NCBI GenBank assembly: GCA_965198235.1
Contig: OZ240248.1
Span: 1,984,001-2,048,000 of the forward strand
Length of the DNA: 64,000 bases
Source: Candidatus Poribacteria bacterium
GTDB lineage: Bacteria; Poribacteria; WGA-4E; WGA-3G
Reading direction: 5' to 3'
In this document: positions 30,572 to 41,161 of the stretch, one piece after another
Position numbering within the stretch: position 1 is the first letter of the stretch
Layout: each line of letters opens with the position of its first letter
Translations under genes and position numbers: made by a program
Notes under the pieces: model-generated
Databases searched by the model: none
What the model was told of the DNA's origin: nothing
What the model saw: only the letters and a program-made list of their open reading frames with translations

Positions 30572-31588
30572 CTATGCCCACGGATCCAGCACAACCTTAC
30601 CACATTCGCCTGTCGCTTGCAATTCCCACGCTTTCTGTACTTCATGCATCGGGAAAGTGTGTGTGATAAACGTATCTATCTGTTCGGATGAATCTTGGAT
30701 CACCTTCATCAATCTTGGATAGACACCGAGGTTGTAGTGCCAATTCCCGCGTAGAACCAGACCTTTCCGAATCATATCGCGGCTTGCGGCAAGCGGGAAT
30801 TCCCCACCTTCTCCAATGAACGTAACCTGTCCTTTTCTTCGGGCGGCATCGACCATCAACCGATGTGCCGCAGACGCGCCTGAGCAGTCTGCTGCTTTGT
30901 CAACACCGATTCCGTCCGTAAAATCGCGAATCTGATCAAGGATATCCTCATCATTCGGGTTCAAGACGATGTCTGCACCTAACTTTTTCGCGAGTTCGGC
31001 GCGATACGGGTGGCTTTCTACGCCGATGACGCGCGCGCCACGGTACCGTGCATTGATAATCCCTCCAAGTCCAACGGGACCCAATCCAGTAACCATGACT
31101 GTATCTAACGAATTGACTTGCATCTGCTCCATCGCGCCAAACGTCGGTCCCAATCCACAGCACGCCATCCCAGCGTGTGTGTAGCTCACACCCTCTGGAA
31201 TCGGAGACAACAAATCTTCCATTTTGTGCATATACTGTGCATAAGTCGCTGAAGCTGGATCCGTACCGAGGATTTCCCCAATGTTACGTCCCGATGTACA
31301 GTGAATGTGTTCACCAATGGCACACATAGGGCACTGACCACAAGAATTCTGGGGCTGCACCACCACGCGGTCTCCTACCTTAACACGACCGGGTTGTGCG
31401 ACTTCAACGACTTCACCAGCGGCTTCGTGTCCAAAGTGTTCGCCAGTGCCTCCAGATATGAATCCTTTATATTCTGTGCACATGGGGACAGCGTGAATTT
31501 TGACAACGACGACATCTCCTGCTGCTCGAGGGTCTGGTTTGTCTACCACGCCCCCTTTACCCTCACCAAACATTGCTGCAACCTGCAT
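30572..31588 (-). CDS. Zinc-binding alcohol/sugar dehydrogenase (MDR family)
   Basis: GHEAAG, C-x2-C-x2-C-x7-C structural Zn site, GLGPVG; start moved to MQVAAM. Confidence 0.88.
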   Translation of the reverse strand: MQVAAMFGEGKGGVVDKPDPRAAGDVVVVKIHAVPMCTEYKGFISGGTGEHFGHEAAGEVVEVAQPGRVKVGDRVVVQPQNSCGQCPMCAIGEHIHCTSGRNIGEILGTDPASATYAQYMHKMEDLLSPIPEGVSYTHAGMACCGLGPTFGAMEQMQVNSLDTVMVTGLGPVGLGGIINARYRGARVIGVESHPYRAELAKKLGADIVLNPNDEDILDQIRDFTDGIGVDKAADCSGASAAHRLMVDAARRKGQVTFIGEGGEFPLAASRDMIRKGLVLRGNWHYNLGVYPRLMKVIQDSSEQIDTFITHTFPMHEVQKAWELQATGECGKVVLDPWA

Positions 31589-31840
31589 AAAAATATAGTA
31601 ACCGAGACTCTCCACAGCCCGATATAGACTGACAAAGTTTGTTGTGGAGAGAAAAGGTCGTCCTCCTCCTAAAAAGTGTTGATTGGGGTAGGATAGCACA
31701 GCAGGTGCAATCCGTCAAGACATATTTTCGAGGCTCGGCGGTTTCTGAGGCAATTGAGAATTTGACAATTGATTCATAATCGTGATAAAATTATTGGGAT
31801 TTAACCCGCGCAAACATGGTATATTGATGAAGGAGGAAGG

Positions 31841-32596
31841 ATGGCATCTGAACAAACAGATTTAACACCAGCGCAAAAAACGTTTTATCAAGAGAACGGG
31901 TATCTCGTTCTTGAAAGTGTCTTCTCGCAAGAAGAGTGTCAACGTTTTGTTACGCACATGGAAGATCTTCACACAGGGCACAAGCAGCTTGAAGGGTTCT
32001 TTCAGCAGGATAAATACGGGGCTCGAACCTTTAATCAGCATCTCTACGATTCCTTCGTATTGGATTTGCTTATTAATCCTCGCTTACATAAGCCGCTCGC
32101 CGACTGTTTTGGTGGGGAACCGGAAGGCATCCAAACGATGCATTTTTATGAAGGATCGGAGCATTCGCTGCATCAAGACCAGTATTATCTACCGGATTGC
32201 ATATCTGCATGGATTGCGATGGTTCGTGTTGATGAAGACAATGGACCATTGATAGTCCAGCCCGGTTCAAATCGAGGTAGGTTGATTACGAAAAGTGATG
32301 TGCCTATGACATTGCTCCCCGGAGAGACATACGAGTTGCAACAGCACAACCGCTATTTTCCAGCGGTCAAACAGGTCTTTCGCGAAAATGGGACCGATGC
32401 AGTTCAGGTCATGGTGAACGCTGGAGATGTAATTCTATTTGACGGGAAGCTAATCCACGGTGGCGCGCAGATTTTGAAGCCGGGAACACGTAGACACGCG
32501 TTGGCGTGCCATTATATCCCTTACGCCTCCGAAAACTGGGAACGCGATTGGCCCAGGTTCTCATTCGATGGCAGTCGGCGGATTCACTATCAATAA
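31841..32596 (+). CDS. Phytanoyl-CoA dioxygenase (PhyH) family protein
   Basis: LT..Q..FY.ENGY, HQD, WIAM...DEDNGPL...PGS, GDVILF....IHGG. Confidence 0.88.
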   Translation: MASEQTDLTPAQKTFYQENGYLVLESVFSQEECQRFVTHMEDLHTGHKQLEGFFQQDKYGARTFNQHLYDSFVLDLLINPRLHKPLADCFGGEPEGIQTMHFYEGSEHSLHQDQYYLPDCISAWIAMVRVDEDNGPLIVQPGSNRGRLITKSDVPMTLLPGETYELQQHNRYFPAVKQVFRENGTDAVQVMVNAGDVILFDGKLIHGGAQILKPGTRRHALACHYIPYASENWERDWPRFSFDGSRRIHYQ

Positions 32597-32784
32597 GGCA
32601 CGATTGCGTTGGGGAGCACTTCCTTGACTACCAAGGATTTATCTAACTCCAGTTGCCACTTTTTCTGAAGTTATCATGTTTCCTTGACCAATTGGGCATT
32701 AATATTGAAAAAAATATAATGATGCATATAATGGCTTTATATGGTTTTTAACTTAAATGACGCTTTTGATTGAGTAACAATATA

Positions 32785-33708
32785 ACCCAAGTTGCTACCT
32801 TTATCCAAAGAGCTGCTTAATACTTGTTGCGATGAGAAACAAAAGGACTTTCAACTCAAAACCCGTAGCGGACACCGCATGAATCGACTTCGGTAGAAGT
32901 TGTTCAACGAGACTGTTTGTCACCTCAACTCGCTTACGGGTCGCTTGTTGAAGGTAAACTTCCCACGGTGGATATTGACGTTTTGAGTTCTTCTTACGCA
33001 CGGGTTTCAGGGCAATCCCTGCTTCTTGTAAAGCATCTTCAATACCATAGGCGCAATAGGCTTTATCCGCATACACTGTTGAACCCGGCGGCAGATCGAA
33101 GCGATAAGACCGCAAGCCCCGGACATCGCTGCATCGACCCGGTGTGAAGAAAACTTCAACGATATGCCCTGTTTCTGTGACCATCAGATGGACTTTGATA
33201 CCATAGAAATAGCGATGTTTGCTTGCGATTTTCCCACGCCACGCTTCACCTTGATACAGACGCGAGCGTGAAATCCGGATGTTGTCACAGACCGCCACGG
33301 GAAAGGTATCAATCACATAAATGTTGTTAGGATTTTTCGTTTTCGCACCTGCTGCGAGGCATTCAAAAAGCGTTTGAAAGCGTTCAGGTATCCGATGCAG
33401 CCGCCGATTGAATCGTGAATGTCCCAACATATTTGGGATGTATCCGAGCGTTTTCAAAACGCAGCAGGCGGTTTGCTGATTGCCTCCGAAATATCTCGCA
33501 GCGACGAGTGCTGCGGTCATGACTTCAGCATCCGACATTTTTGCTTGTGGATGGTCTTGATGTCCGATTGAGATTAAAAGGTCGTCACAAATCGTATAAA
33601 GTGCTACAATAGTTAGGTCCATGGGGTACTCCTTTTGTTTTATGGAATAAAAACACTATAAAGGATATCCCATGGATTTACAACTTTTTTATAGGTGGCA
33701 ACTTGGGT
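32785..33708 (-). mobile_element. IS982-family insertion sequence
   Basis: TIRs ACCCAAGTTGCTACCT/AGGTGGCAACTTGGGT (1 mismatch); flanking direct repeat TAACAATATA (32775-84, 33709-18). Confidence 0.92.
32801..33622 (-). CDS. IS982-family DDE transposase
   Basis: IDTFPV, YGIKVH, YADKAY, RKRVEVTNS catalytic segments; SRFNRR. Confidence 0.92.
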   Translation of the reverse strand: MDLTIVALYTICDDLLISIGHQDHPQAKMSDAEVMTAALVAARYFGGNQQTACCVLKTLGYIPNMLGHSRFNRRLHRIPERFQTLFECLAAGAKTKNPNNIYVIDTFPVAVCDNIRISRSRLYQGEAWRGKIASKHRYFYGIKVHLMVTETGHIVEVFFTPGRCSDVRGLRSYRFDLPPGSTVYADKAYCAYGIEDALQEAGIALKPVRKKNSKRQYPPWEVYLQQATRKRVEVTNSLVEQLLPKSIHAVSATGFELKVLLFLIATSIKQLFG

Positions 33709-33748
33709 TAACAATATAGATTAAAGTTTAAAATAAGGAGAAAAGATA

Positions 33749-36373
33749 ATGCGATGCCAATTGACTTTTTGGATCTGTGTAATTCTAATAGGTGCTTATT
33801 GCTTTTCGGTATCTGCGCAGGAAGCGGCACAACCCGCGAAACCTGCGACACCAGAAGCCCCCGCAAAGAAGAAAAAAGAGTTTGAAGATTTTTCTAAAGT
33901 TACTGAGGACAGCAAAAGCTATGACGGCTTCTTCAAATTATATGAGAAAAAAGAGAACCTCTATTGCGAAATTCAGCCGTCCCAATTAGACAAACCGTTT
34001 CTCTGCATGATAAGCCTTTCACGTGGTGTGGGGAGAGGATTTCTTGTTTCAGGAATGACAATGGAGGAGTGGTTACTCGTCTGGCGACGCGTTGGCGACA
34101 ATGTCCATCTCATCCGGAAAAATGTGCGTTTCCGTGCGAAAGAAGGAACACCGATTGCAGAAGCAGTTGACTTGGGTCATAACGACTCTGTGCTATTCTC
34201 TCTCAAGATTGAAAGTATCCATCCACAACGGAAGAGCCTCTTAGTAAATATCTCTCCTATTTTCATATCCGACCTACTGCCTTTGGCACGCCGTATTGCT
34301 CCTGATGCACGTTTCGACAAAACACGTAGTACGTGGGGAGCAGTCAAGGCGTTCCCGAAGAATGTCGAGTTAAAAGTTAACGCCGTGTACACATCCACAA
34401 GCTACATAGAAACTGTCCCGGACAGTCGCGGTATCCAGGTGACCTTGCATTATAGCCTTGCTGAACTCCCGTCAAACACCTATCGCCCGCGACTGGCTGA
34501 CGACCGGATGGGACATTTTATGACGGCGGTCAAAGACTATTCATCCAAGACCAGCGATGAACCCTTTGTCCGGTATGTCAACCGCTGGCATTTGGAGAAA
34601 GCGGACAAAGAGGCGAAATTTTCATCACCGAAAGAACCGATTATCTTCTACATCGAGAAAACAGTGCCGCACCGCTTTCGTCCTTACGTCCGACAGGGGA
34701 TTCTGGAATGGAACAAGGCGTTTGAAAAAATAGGCTTTGCCGATGCGATTGAAGCTCGGATTCAGCAAGACCATGAGGACTGGGACCCCGAAGATGCCCG
34801 GTATAACACGATCCGCTGGATTGTTGGTGCAGGGTTCGCGATTGGTCCTTCTCGCGTGAACCCGCTGACAGGACAGATCTTGGACGCTGATATCCTTATC
34901 GGTGAAAGTTGGATCAGAAGTTGGCAGCGAGACTATACAACGTACTTTGATGAGTTAGAGCATGAGCGCGATCATCCGATGAGTCACACTTCGCGATTCC
35001 AATGTCAGGTGGCATCTGGACTTGCGCGGCAGATGGGATTCATGGCGAGCGTCCTGCAGGCACGGGGTCTGGTTGACGAAGACGGTGAACTACCTGAAGA
35101 GTATATCGCGGAAGCCCTCAAAACACTGACGATGCATGAGGTCGGCCACACATTGGGAATACGCCACAATTTTAAATCGAGTGCGATATATTCTCTTGAC
35201 GATCTGAACAACAAAAAGGGCGAAGCAACCATCGGTTCGGTCATGGATTACTGGGGAGTGAATATTGCACCTGAAGCTCAAGAACAGGGACACTACTATA
35301 CACCGACAATTGGACCTTGGGACTACTGGGTGATTGAATACGCCTATAAACCCATTGATGCTAGCAAACCCGAAGGTGAATTGAAGGGATTAGGCGAAAT
35401 CGCGTCCCGTGTTGCAGTGCCAGAACTAACGTATGGCACAGATGAGGATGTCTACGGGTATCGCTATCGTGACCTGGACCCGCTGGTAAATCTTTGGGAT
35501 CTGGGTGCTGACCCGCTTGCGTTTGCCAAGCAACGGCGTGAAGTCGTCGTAGGACTCTGGGACAAAATTGCAGATAAAGTTACAAAAGAGGGGATGGGCT
35601 ATCAACGCGTCAGACGGGCATTCGGAAGATTGCTTTATGAACATGCCAATACAATGTACTTGGCGTGCAGATATATCGGAGGACAGTCCCATCATCGAGA
35701 CCACCGAGGTGATGAAAACGGTCGTTTACCGTTCGCGCCGGTTCCAGCGGCGAAACAACGCGAGGCACTTCAATTCCTCAAGGAACACGCGCTTTCGGAC
35801 AAAGCCTTCGATTTTCCTGCTGATCTACTCAATAGTCTGGCAGTTACGCGTTGGAGTGATTGGGGGTCAGACAGCTGGAACGCTATTCGTTTCGATTATC
35901 CGGTGCATGATGTTATTCTACGCAATCAAACCTTTATCCTTGAACGATTGCTTTATCCAACGGTGCTGTCGCGCGTTCAGGACACAGAACTCAAGTTTGC
36001 TAAGGGTGAGGATGCGTTCACACTGCCGGAACTCTTTTCAGGCATTACGGATGCGGTCTGGATGGAACTCGGAAGGGATGCGGGTGCGAAGCAGTGGTCG
36101 AATTCGGATGCCTTCATCTCCAGTTTCCGCCGCGGTTTGCAACGTGCACACCTGAAGCACCTCATCAAACTGGTCCTGGAAGCCGACAGTGGTACCCCTG
36201 AGGATGCGAGATCGCTCGCCCGCCTCCACCTCGGACAAATCAACAGTAAGATACAGCGTGTGCTTCAAAATGCCAGAGGAAATCTTGACGATTACAGTTT
36301 TGCGCACCTTGAAGAATCGCAAGTTCGGGTTGAGAAAGCATTGGATGCCAATTTCCGGGTCGAGAAACGTTGA
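33749..36373 (+). CDS. Secreted zinc-dependent metalloprotease (DUF5117/DUF4953 metzincin)
   Basis: Signal peptide, HEVGHTLGIRHNF and Met-turn SVMDY, EWNKAFEKIGF, PR.ADDRMG. Confidence 0.9.
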   Translation: MRCQLTFWICVILIGAYCFSVSAQEAAQPAKPATPEAPAKKKKEFEDFSKVTEDSKSYDGFFKLYEKKENLYCEIQPSQLDKPFLCMISLSRGVGRGFLVSGMTMEEWLLVWRRVGDNVHLIRKNVRFRAKEGTPIAEAVDLGHNDSVLFSLKIESIHPQRKSLLVNISPIFISDLLPLARRIAPDARFDKTRSTWGAVKAFPKNVELKVNAVYTSTSYIETVPDSRGIQVTLHYSLAELPSNTYRPRLADDRMGHFMTAVKDYSSKTSDEPFVRYVNRWHLEKADKEAKFSSPKEPIIFYIEKTVPHRFRPYVRQGILEWNKAFEKIGFADAIEARIQQDHEDWDPEDARYNTIRWIVGAGFAIGPSRVNPLTGQILDADILIGESWIRSWQRDYTTYFDELEHERDHPMSHTSRFQCQVASGLARQMGFMASVLQARGLVDEDGELPEEYIAEALKTLTMHEVGHTLGIRHNFKSSAIYSLDDLNNKKGEATIGSVMDYWGVNIAPEAQEQGHYYTPTIGPWDYWVIEYAYKPIDASKPEGELKGLGEIASRVAVPELTYGTDEDVYGYRYRDLDPLVNLWDLGADPLAFAKQRREVVVGLWDKIADKVTKEGMGYQRVRRAFGRLLYEHANTMYLACRYIGGQSHHRDHRGDENGRLPFAPVPAAKQREALQFLKEHALSDKAFDFPADLLNSLAVTRWSDWGSDSWNAIRFDYPVHDVILRNQTFILERLLYPTVLSRVQDTELKFAKGEDAFTLPELFSGITDAVWMELGRDAGAKQWSNSDAFISSFRRGLQRAHLKHLIKLVLEADSGTPEDARSLARLHLGQINSKIQRVLQNARGNLDDYSFAHLEESQVRVEKALDANFRVEKR

Positions 36374-36422
36374 AGGATCCTATATTTTTGGTTTGGGCTT
36401 CCATAAAACCCACATATCTGCT

Positions 36423-36480
36423 GGCGGGGTTTGTAACCCCGCCAATCTTCTGTTTGTAGGAGGGGTTTGTAACCCCGAAT
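36423..36480. repeat. Tandem REP palindromes (GGGGTTTGTAACCCC)
   Basis: Two palindromes, the second preceded by GTAG. Confidence 0.7.
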
Positions 36481-36746
36481 TATTGAGAGTGGCTCATAAA
36501 TTGTTGCAATTGTGAGCGCAGCAGTCAATGTTTCGGTTCGTAATAATCGCACGATTGGATTCTCTTTGTACCACGATCTGTTAGATTGTGATTTTGCGTG
36601 ACATGCTCTTCTATATTGAGGCTAACAGTCTGCAAACTAACAGTTTGCGGTACAAGAACACCACGAATAATCAACTCCTTTGACTTAATTGAGAACGACT
36701 CATAAATAGAATGAATTCAAGGCATCGAAGATGAGCCTTTAAGTTT

Positions 36747-36812
36747 GTAGTAGGGAAACCCTTCATCGCCCGTCGTAAAGCAAAACGCGTCATGAATTAC
36801 ACTACGACAAAC
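36747..36812. repeat. REP-like element GTAGTAGGG...CCCGTC...ACTAC
   Basis: Diverged copy of 52172-52238. Confidence 0.6.
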
Positions 36813-36831
36813 AAAAAATTAGGAGGAACAG

Positions 36832-37755
36832 ATGGAAATTCTCCAATATACACCCGATATGCAAGCACCTTTAACCCAATTTTACAACTGTCTGACCGCC
36901 AACGTGCCGCATTGCTACCCAGTAAATGAAGAAGAATTTTCTGTTGCAATACGCGGGGTTACCACCGGTAAAGCAGATAAAAAAGAGGGTGGGCTCGACT
37001 CCGAAACAGCCTTCGTAGCAATAGTGAATGGTACTGTCCAAGCATTTATTCACGTCGGTATCGGTCAGATCGGAGATAATAGGGAAGAAGACATAGGCGT
37101 TATTCGGTTTTTGGGTTACGAACGCGGTACGCGGCGCGTTGGACAAGCCGTGCTTGAGAAGGCGGAAGACTATCTAAAAACGCATAATGTTTCCCGAATC
37201 TTCGCTTTTTCACAAGACTGCCGATACCGTTTCTATCATTTTGAACACGCCTATCTATCGGATGCGCTCGATCAAGTTCAAGGGCTCCTCGGATTTAACG
37301 GATACCACCGTTCTGATGGCGAGGTCTTTTTGGATTGGGAAGACTATTCCCTTACACCAGTCCCTTCACGTCTACCGGTGACGCTTTCTATTGACTGGAA
37401 GGACGGACGGGGACAACTCCCGAATTGCACTGTGCTCGCTCACCAAAACGGTGAACAGGTTGGCATCTGTGAATCCCGCTGTGGTGGTGAGTTCTCGAGC
37501 CACACCGATGCGCAAGACTGGCTTCATACGACTTGGCTCGGCATTGAAGACGATTTTCAGGGACAAGGTTTGGGACGCTACCTGCTCCAATACGCACTTC
37601 AAGAGATGAAGAAAATCGGATACCGGCATGCGGCGATTAGTACTGCCTGGGATAACCACAGAGCGTTCCTTTTTTACAGCAACTGCGGTTATCGGACCGT
37701 GGATTGGACATACGGATATGAAAAAGTCCTATCTGAACCACCAACGCACAATTAG
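36832..37755 (+). CDS. Tandem-domain GNAT N-acetyltransferase
   Basis: FQGQGLGRYLL, N.RA..FY..CGY; N-terminal degenerate GNAT domain. Confidence 0.8.
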   Translation: MEILQYTPDMQAPLTQFYNCLTANVPHCYPVNEEEFSVAIRGVTTGKADKKEGGLDSETAFVAIVNGTVQAFIHVGIGQIGDNREEDIGVIRFLGYERGTRRVGQAVLEKAEDYLKTHNVSRIFAFSQDCRYRFYHFEHAYLSDALDQVQGLLGFNGYHRSDGEVFLDWEDYSLTPVPSRLPVTLSIDWKDGRGQLPNCTVLAHQNGEQVGICESRCGGEFSSHTDAQDWLHTTWLGIEDDFQGQGLGRYLLQYALQEMKKIGYRHAAISTAWDNHRAFLFYSNCGYRTVDWTYGYEKVLSEPPTHN

Positions 37756-38435
37756 CACGTCCTTAACCGCAACATCTGATTTCCTGTTTTCTGGAAGTGA
37801 TACGGAACGCATTCAACCGAGCAAGCAACTTCGTTTTTTTCAAGTTCGTCGATAACGGGTGATAAGAAAGGGGAAGGGTTGCTGTTGACATCAACGATGG
37901 GGAAAATTCTCACTTCACTCCCTATACGCAGCAGTTCACGGACGGCATCGAGATGGAACGCCAAATCTTTGTTCGCAGAGTAGAAGAAAAGCAGATGTGC
38001 AGAGAGCACGAGGTCGAAGTGACCGTCAGGGAAGGGCAAATTGGGGAGTGATGCGTCTATGTATCGTCCTTGTTGTTTGCCTGTCTCGAAATCTCCGCAG
38101 AACGCCTCCATTGCCTGCATCCTGATTTCAGCCAATTCATCAACAGACGAGATGTGTGTCCAGACGAATTTATCCCGGTTTTGATGGGCTTGTGCGATGA
38201 CATCGTCGTAGGTTTCCTGAATTCGCTGGTGCAATTCCACTTCTGCATACCGGTAAATCGGATCGACCGAGACTATTGGTGTCCCACGCTGGTGCATCCA
38301 GAAATTGAACGACGCGGGACCGTCGCCTACACCGACAATATCCCGCGCCAAGTTGTCCTCAGAGAGGTTAAACATATCAAGATATTCGTCAAACGACCTA
38401 CCCCACGGCACGATGTCTTGGTAACGGAACTCCAT
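37752..38435 (-). CDS. SAM-dependent methyltransferase
   Basis: GRSFDEY..MF.L, GDGPASF, LP.LPF.D..FDLVLSAH. Confidence 0.8.
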   Translation of the reverse strand: MEFRYQDIVPWGRSFDEYLDMFNLSEDNLARDIVGVGDGPASFNFWMHQRGTPIVSVDPIYRYAEVELHQRIQETYDDVIAQAHQNRDKFVWTHISSVDELAEIRMQAMEAFCGDFETGKQQGRYIDASLPNLPFPDGHFDLVLSAHLLFFYSANKDLAFHLDAVRELLRIGSEVRIFPIVDVNSNPSPFLSPVIDELEKNEVACSVECVPYHFQKTGNQMLRLRTC

Positions 38436-38459
38436 GTTAATTATACCTGCCGGAATCCC

Positions 38460-39065
38460 TTATGCCTTTTGGTTAACCATGCTGGAGAGGATACCGAGGA
38501 TTTTGTCGCACCGTTCAATCGCGTACAGTGACATGTCAATGTAAAGCTTCTGTCCTTCCAATTTGAGGAAGAGCCACTCCGTGCCAGTGGTAGTCGCTCC
38601 ATAAATACAAGGGATATTATTGTCTTTCTGCTGATTAAAGTATTGCGCTCCGAGCATCTCAGCGACGCATTGCCCGATGCCAAGCGTTGGGTCAGCGTTC
38701 TTTGCTTCAACAAGAACAATGACTGGTGCCTCTAAATAAAATTGTTCTTGCGACAAGCTTATCAAAAAATCGCAAGTTCCTGTTAATCCCTTTTCTGCAT
38801 CAACACTGAAGTCGATCCCCGAAAAAAGACTAATGCGCCGACTGAATTGCTCACGGAGTTCAACGAGAACGTTGGTCACAATAAGTTCCGAGCGCGCCTT
38901 CTCCGTCCTGATAGCGACTGCCAACTGCACTTTTTTCGCCAATTCTGCAATAAGTGCCTTGCTCGGTGGCACCGGTTCTATGTCGAAAAAGATGTTTGCG
39001 GATTCGATTGTCTCTAACTGAAATTTTTCCTGCACCGTTTCTAAGGTGAAATTGCTATAAGCCAT
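38460..39065 (-). CDS. PD-(D/E)XK fold hypothetical protein (type I restriction R N-terminal-like)
   Basis: MAYSNFT, EKARSE, G.CDF, VEAK, GQCVAEM, YG..TTG..W.FL. Confidence 0.6.
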   Translation of the reverse strand: MAYSNFTLETVQEKFQLETIESANIFFDIEPVPPSKALIAELAKKVQLAVAIRTEKARSELIVTNVLVELREQFSRRISLFSGIDFSVDAEKGLTGTCDFLISLSQEQFYLEAPVIVLVEAKNADPTLGIGQCVAEMLGAQYFNQQKDNNIPCIYGATTTGTEWLFLKLEGQKLYIDMSLYAIERCDKILGILSSMVNQKA

Positions 39066-39132
39066 TATGATAGAATCCCGCTTTGTGGTATTCCATAGAC
39101 ACGAGAGCTCTCATTCTGCCAGTCAAATACGG

Positions 39133-40179
39133 CTAATCCGCGGCATCCGCACCAACTTCCTGTAGAATTGCCGCTGCCCGTTGTGCTAATTCGGTTGTGG
39201 CATCACGCTTGAGTGCTCGGTTCAAGTGCAAGATGGCGCGTTCATCTCCGTCTCTTGCCAACTCCAACGCTTCCTCAAACCCTTTGTTCCCGTAACTGAA
39301 ATCCTTTGATAGGACAGTCAAGTCACGGTCCTTCCAATAATACTTCAACGCATCAGACTCCCAATTGCGGTAGACGTGTTCCCACTGAAGGGAGTTGAAG
39401 ACGTTCAGGTGAGGTTCAAGCATGTGCTCAGCAATCGGGTCATCGGCAGCTTGATAGCGGTTGTCAAGCGACACACGCAGCCGATCCTCGGTCAAATTCG
39501 GTAGTGCCTTATGAATGGTCAAAGCAGGAAAGATGAGCGTATCGCCAACCTCATAGTTTGTGGAATGCCATTCACCGGACAACTCGTCCTCATTAACGCA
39601 CAGACTTCCTGCACCGAGCGAAAAGTGGTGCTCCATGACCTTATTGACTTTATGCGAACCGGGTAGAACTGCCAAACCACCCAACTCAATCGGGCAATCC
39701 CCGACAGGTGCCCAACAGGTATAGGTCTGGAAATTCCCTTGGAAGTGAACGAAGTCTTGGTGTATCGGTGTGGTGTGCGCTGTGTACTTAGGGAACCAGA
39801 GACGCGCAATCTTCTGTGGATGCGGTAGTACCTCTCTACCGACGATCTTCTCCACCATATCGACGACTTCGTGCCAATGCCCGGAACGGTGAAACGCTTC
39901 TAACTTATACACTGCATGGTATACGTCCGTGTATTCGGGATCCCCCTCGGTACACTGGGTGGATATATCGGCGATGCCGTCCATCGGGTCGGTCCCCGCG
40001 ACGAGCCAACCGCCTTCCTGCATCGTCGTTAGCATTTCTCGCCGCAACGCCCAGAGTTTGTCGGGATCTTGCAGCCTCTTGAAGAAGACATACCCCTCTT
40101 CCGAGATCCGGTGACGCAATTCTTCCGGATCATTCATCGCATCGTTGGATACGCGAAGTTCTCTTAATAATTCCGCCAT
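39133..40179 (-). CDS. Phytanoyl-CoA dioxygenase (PhyH) family protein
   Basis: EEGYVFF, TPIHQD, W.P.GDC....GGL..LPGSH, H.ALPN....R.SLD.RY. Confidence 0.88.
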   Translation of the reverse strand: MAELLRELRVSNDAMNDPEELRHRISEEGYVFFKRLQDPDKLWALRREMLTTMQEGGWLVAGTDPMDGIADISTQCTEGDPEYTDVYHAVYKLEAFHRSGHWHEVVDMVEKIVGREVLPHPQKIARLWFPKYTAHTTPIHQDFVHFQGNFQTYTCWAPVGDCPIELGGLAVLPGSHKVNKVMEHHFSLGAGSLCVNEDELSGEWHSTNYEVGDTLIFPALTIHKALPNLTEDRLRVSLDNRYQAADDPIAEHMLEPHLNVFNSLQWEHVYRNWESDALKYYWKDRDLTVLSKDFSYGNKGFEEALELARDGDERAILHLNRALKRDATTELAQRAAAILQEVGADAAD

Positions 40180-40326
40180 CTGACTTTCTCCTTCGGTTTA
40201 CCCATGTCTGAAATCATTTTTTAGATTGTGTCCCTAACAAAGTGCCTCATCAGTATATTTGCCTGTTGCTATAGTATAACACATACGTAACGAAAAATCA
40301 ATTTTCTTAGATTCAGCAAATCGTCC

Positions 40327-41154
40327 CTATAGTCTATTTTGCTCAAGCCAATCGACGGCAAAGTCAACCACGGCAGGTTGTGGCATAAGTTGGCAATTCG
40401 CGATGCCAACCTTACCGTGTCGAACCACTTTTCCCGCATCAGATCGCAAAAAATCTTCACCGATCCGATCAAAATCCGAAGCGTCTACATCGATATCTTC
40501 AAAGGTACTCCATACCCTTGAACCCGCCTGTGAGATCGGAGCACCCTCTCGGACGACGCGTTTGGTTGGAAAGTCTGCTCGGTATTCTGCGAGATGTATG
40601 GACGTATTGTTTGAGTGCCCAACACCCAGGAGCAGGACGGAACCTTGCAAGTCGTAGATTCTGGCAAGCGGTGAGTCTTCGCCAAAGCCAAATGCCAAGG
40701 CGTGGTTATCTGTGATATATGCTGCCTGAGGACCGCTTGCACAAAATGAACGCTGTGGATGCGTGCTGCGGAAAACGCCTTTTTGCTTTCGGAACGTTTC
40801 GACAATTTTACCCATTGAACGGGTAGGGGTCAAATCGGGATCGTAGGCAGGCATCGCCTCCCGTATTGTTTGCCACCACGACTCCGGCACGGGCGGATTC
40901 TCCCACTGACTCGGTTCGCTGAGGTCGGTTGAGTGGGTCGGCATCACAAGCGTTCCCGTTTCACCTAAGACCTCCTGAAGCGCGATAATAACGGCGACAG
41001 CACCGCCGCAGACCCATCCCATCGCGCTCAAGGACGAGTGGACGAGTAAGACCATCTCCTTTTCGATACCGAGTGCCTCAAAATCAGCCTGCAGCGACTC
41101 GACCGTGACAGGTGTTTCCGTTTTGTGAACCACTCCACCTTCAGGCATTATCAA
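40327..41154 (-). CDS. AAC(3)/YokD family aminoglycoside 3-N-acetyltransferase-like protein
   Basis: LVHSSLSAMGWVCGG, GTLVMPT, RS.HP..SF, LLLGV...NTSIHLAE. Confidence 0.9.
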   Translation of the reverse strand: MIMPEGGVVHKTETPVTVESLQADFEALGIEKEMVLLVHSSLSAMGWVCGGAVAVIIALQEVLGETGTLVMPTHSTDLSEPSQWENPPVPESWWQTIREAMPAYDPDLTPTRSMGKIVETFRKQKGVFRSTHPQRSFCASGPQAAYITDNHALAFGFGEDSPLARIYDLQGSVLLLGVGHSNNTSIHLAEYRADFPTKRVVREGAPISQAGSRVWSTFEDIDVDASDFDRIGEDFLRSDAGKVVRHGKVGIANCQLMPQPAVVDFAVDWLEQNRL

Positions 41155-41161
41155 TCACCCT

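Noticed and set aside
36410-36830. CRISPR-like repeats
   Set aside because: Only two or three short palindromes without regular spacers or cas genes; these are REPs.
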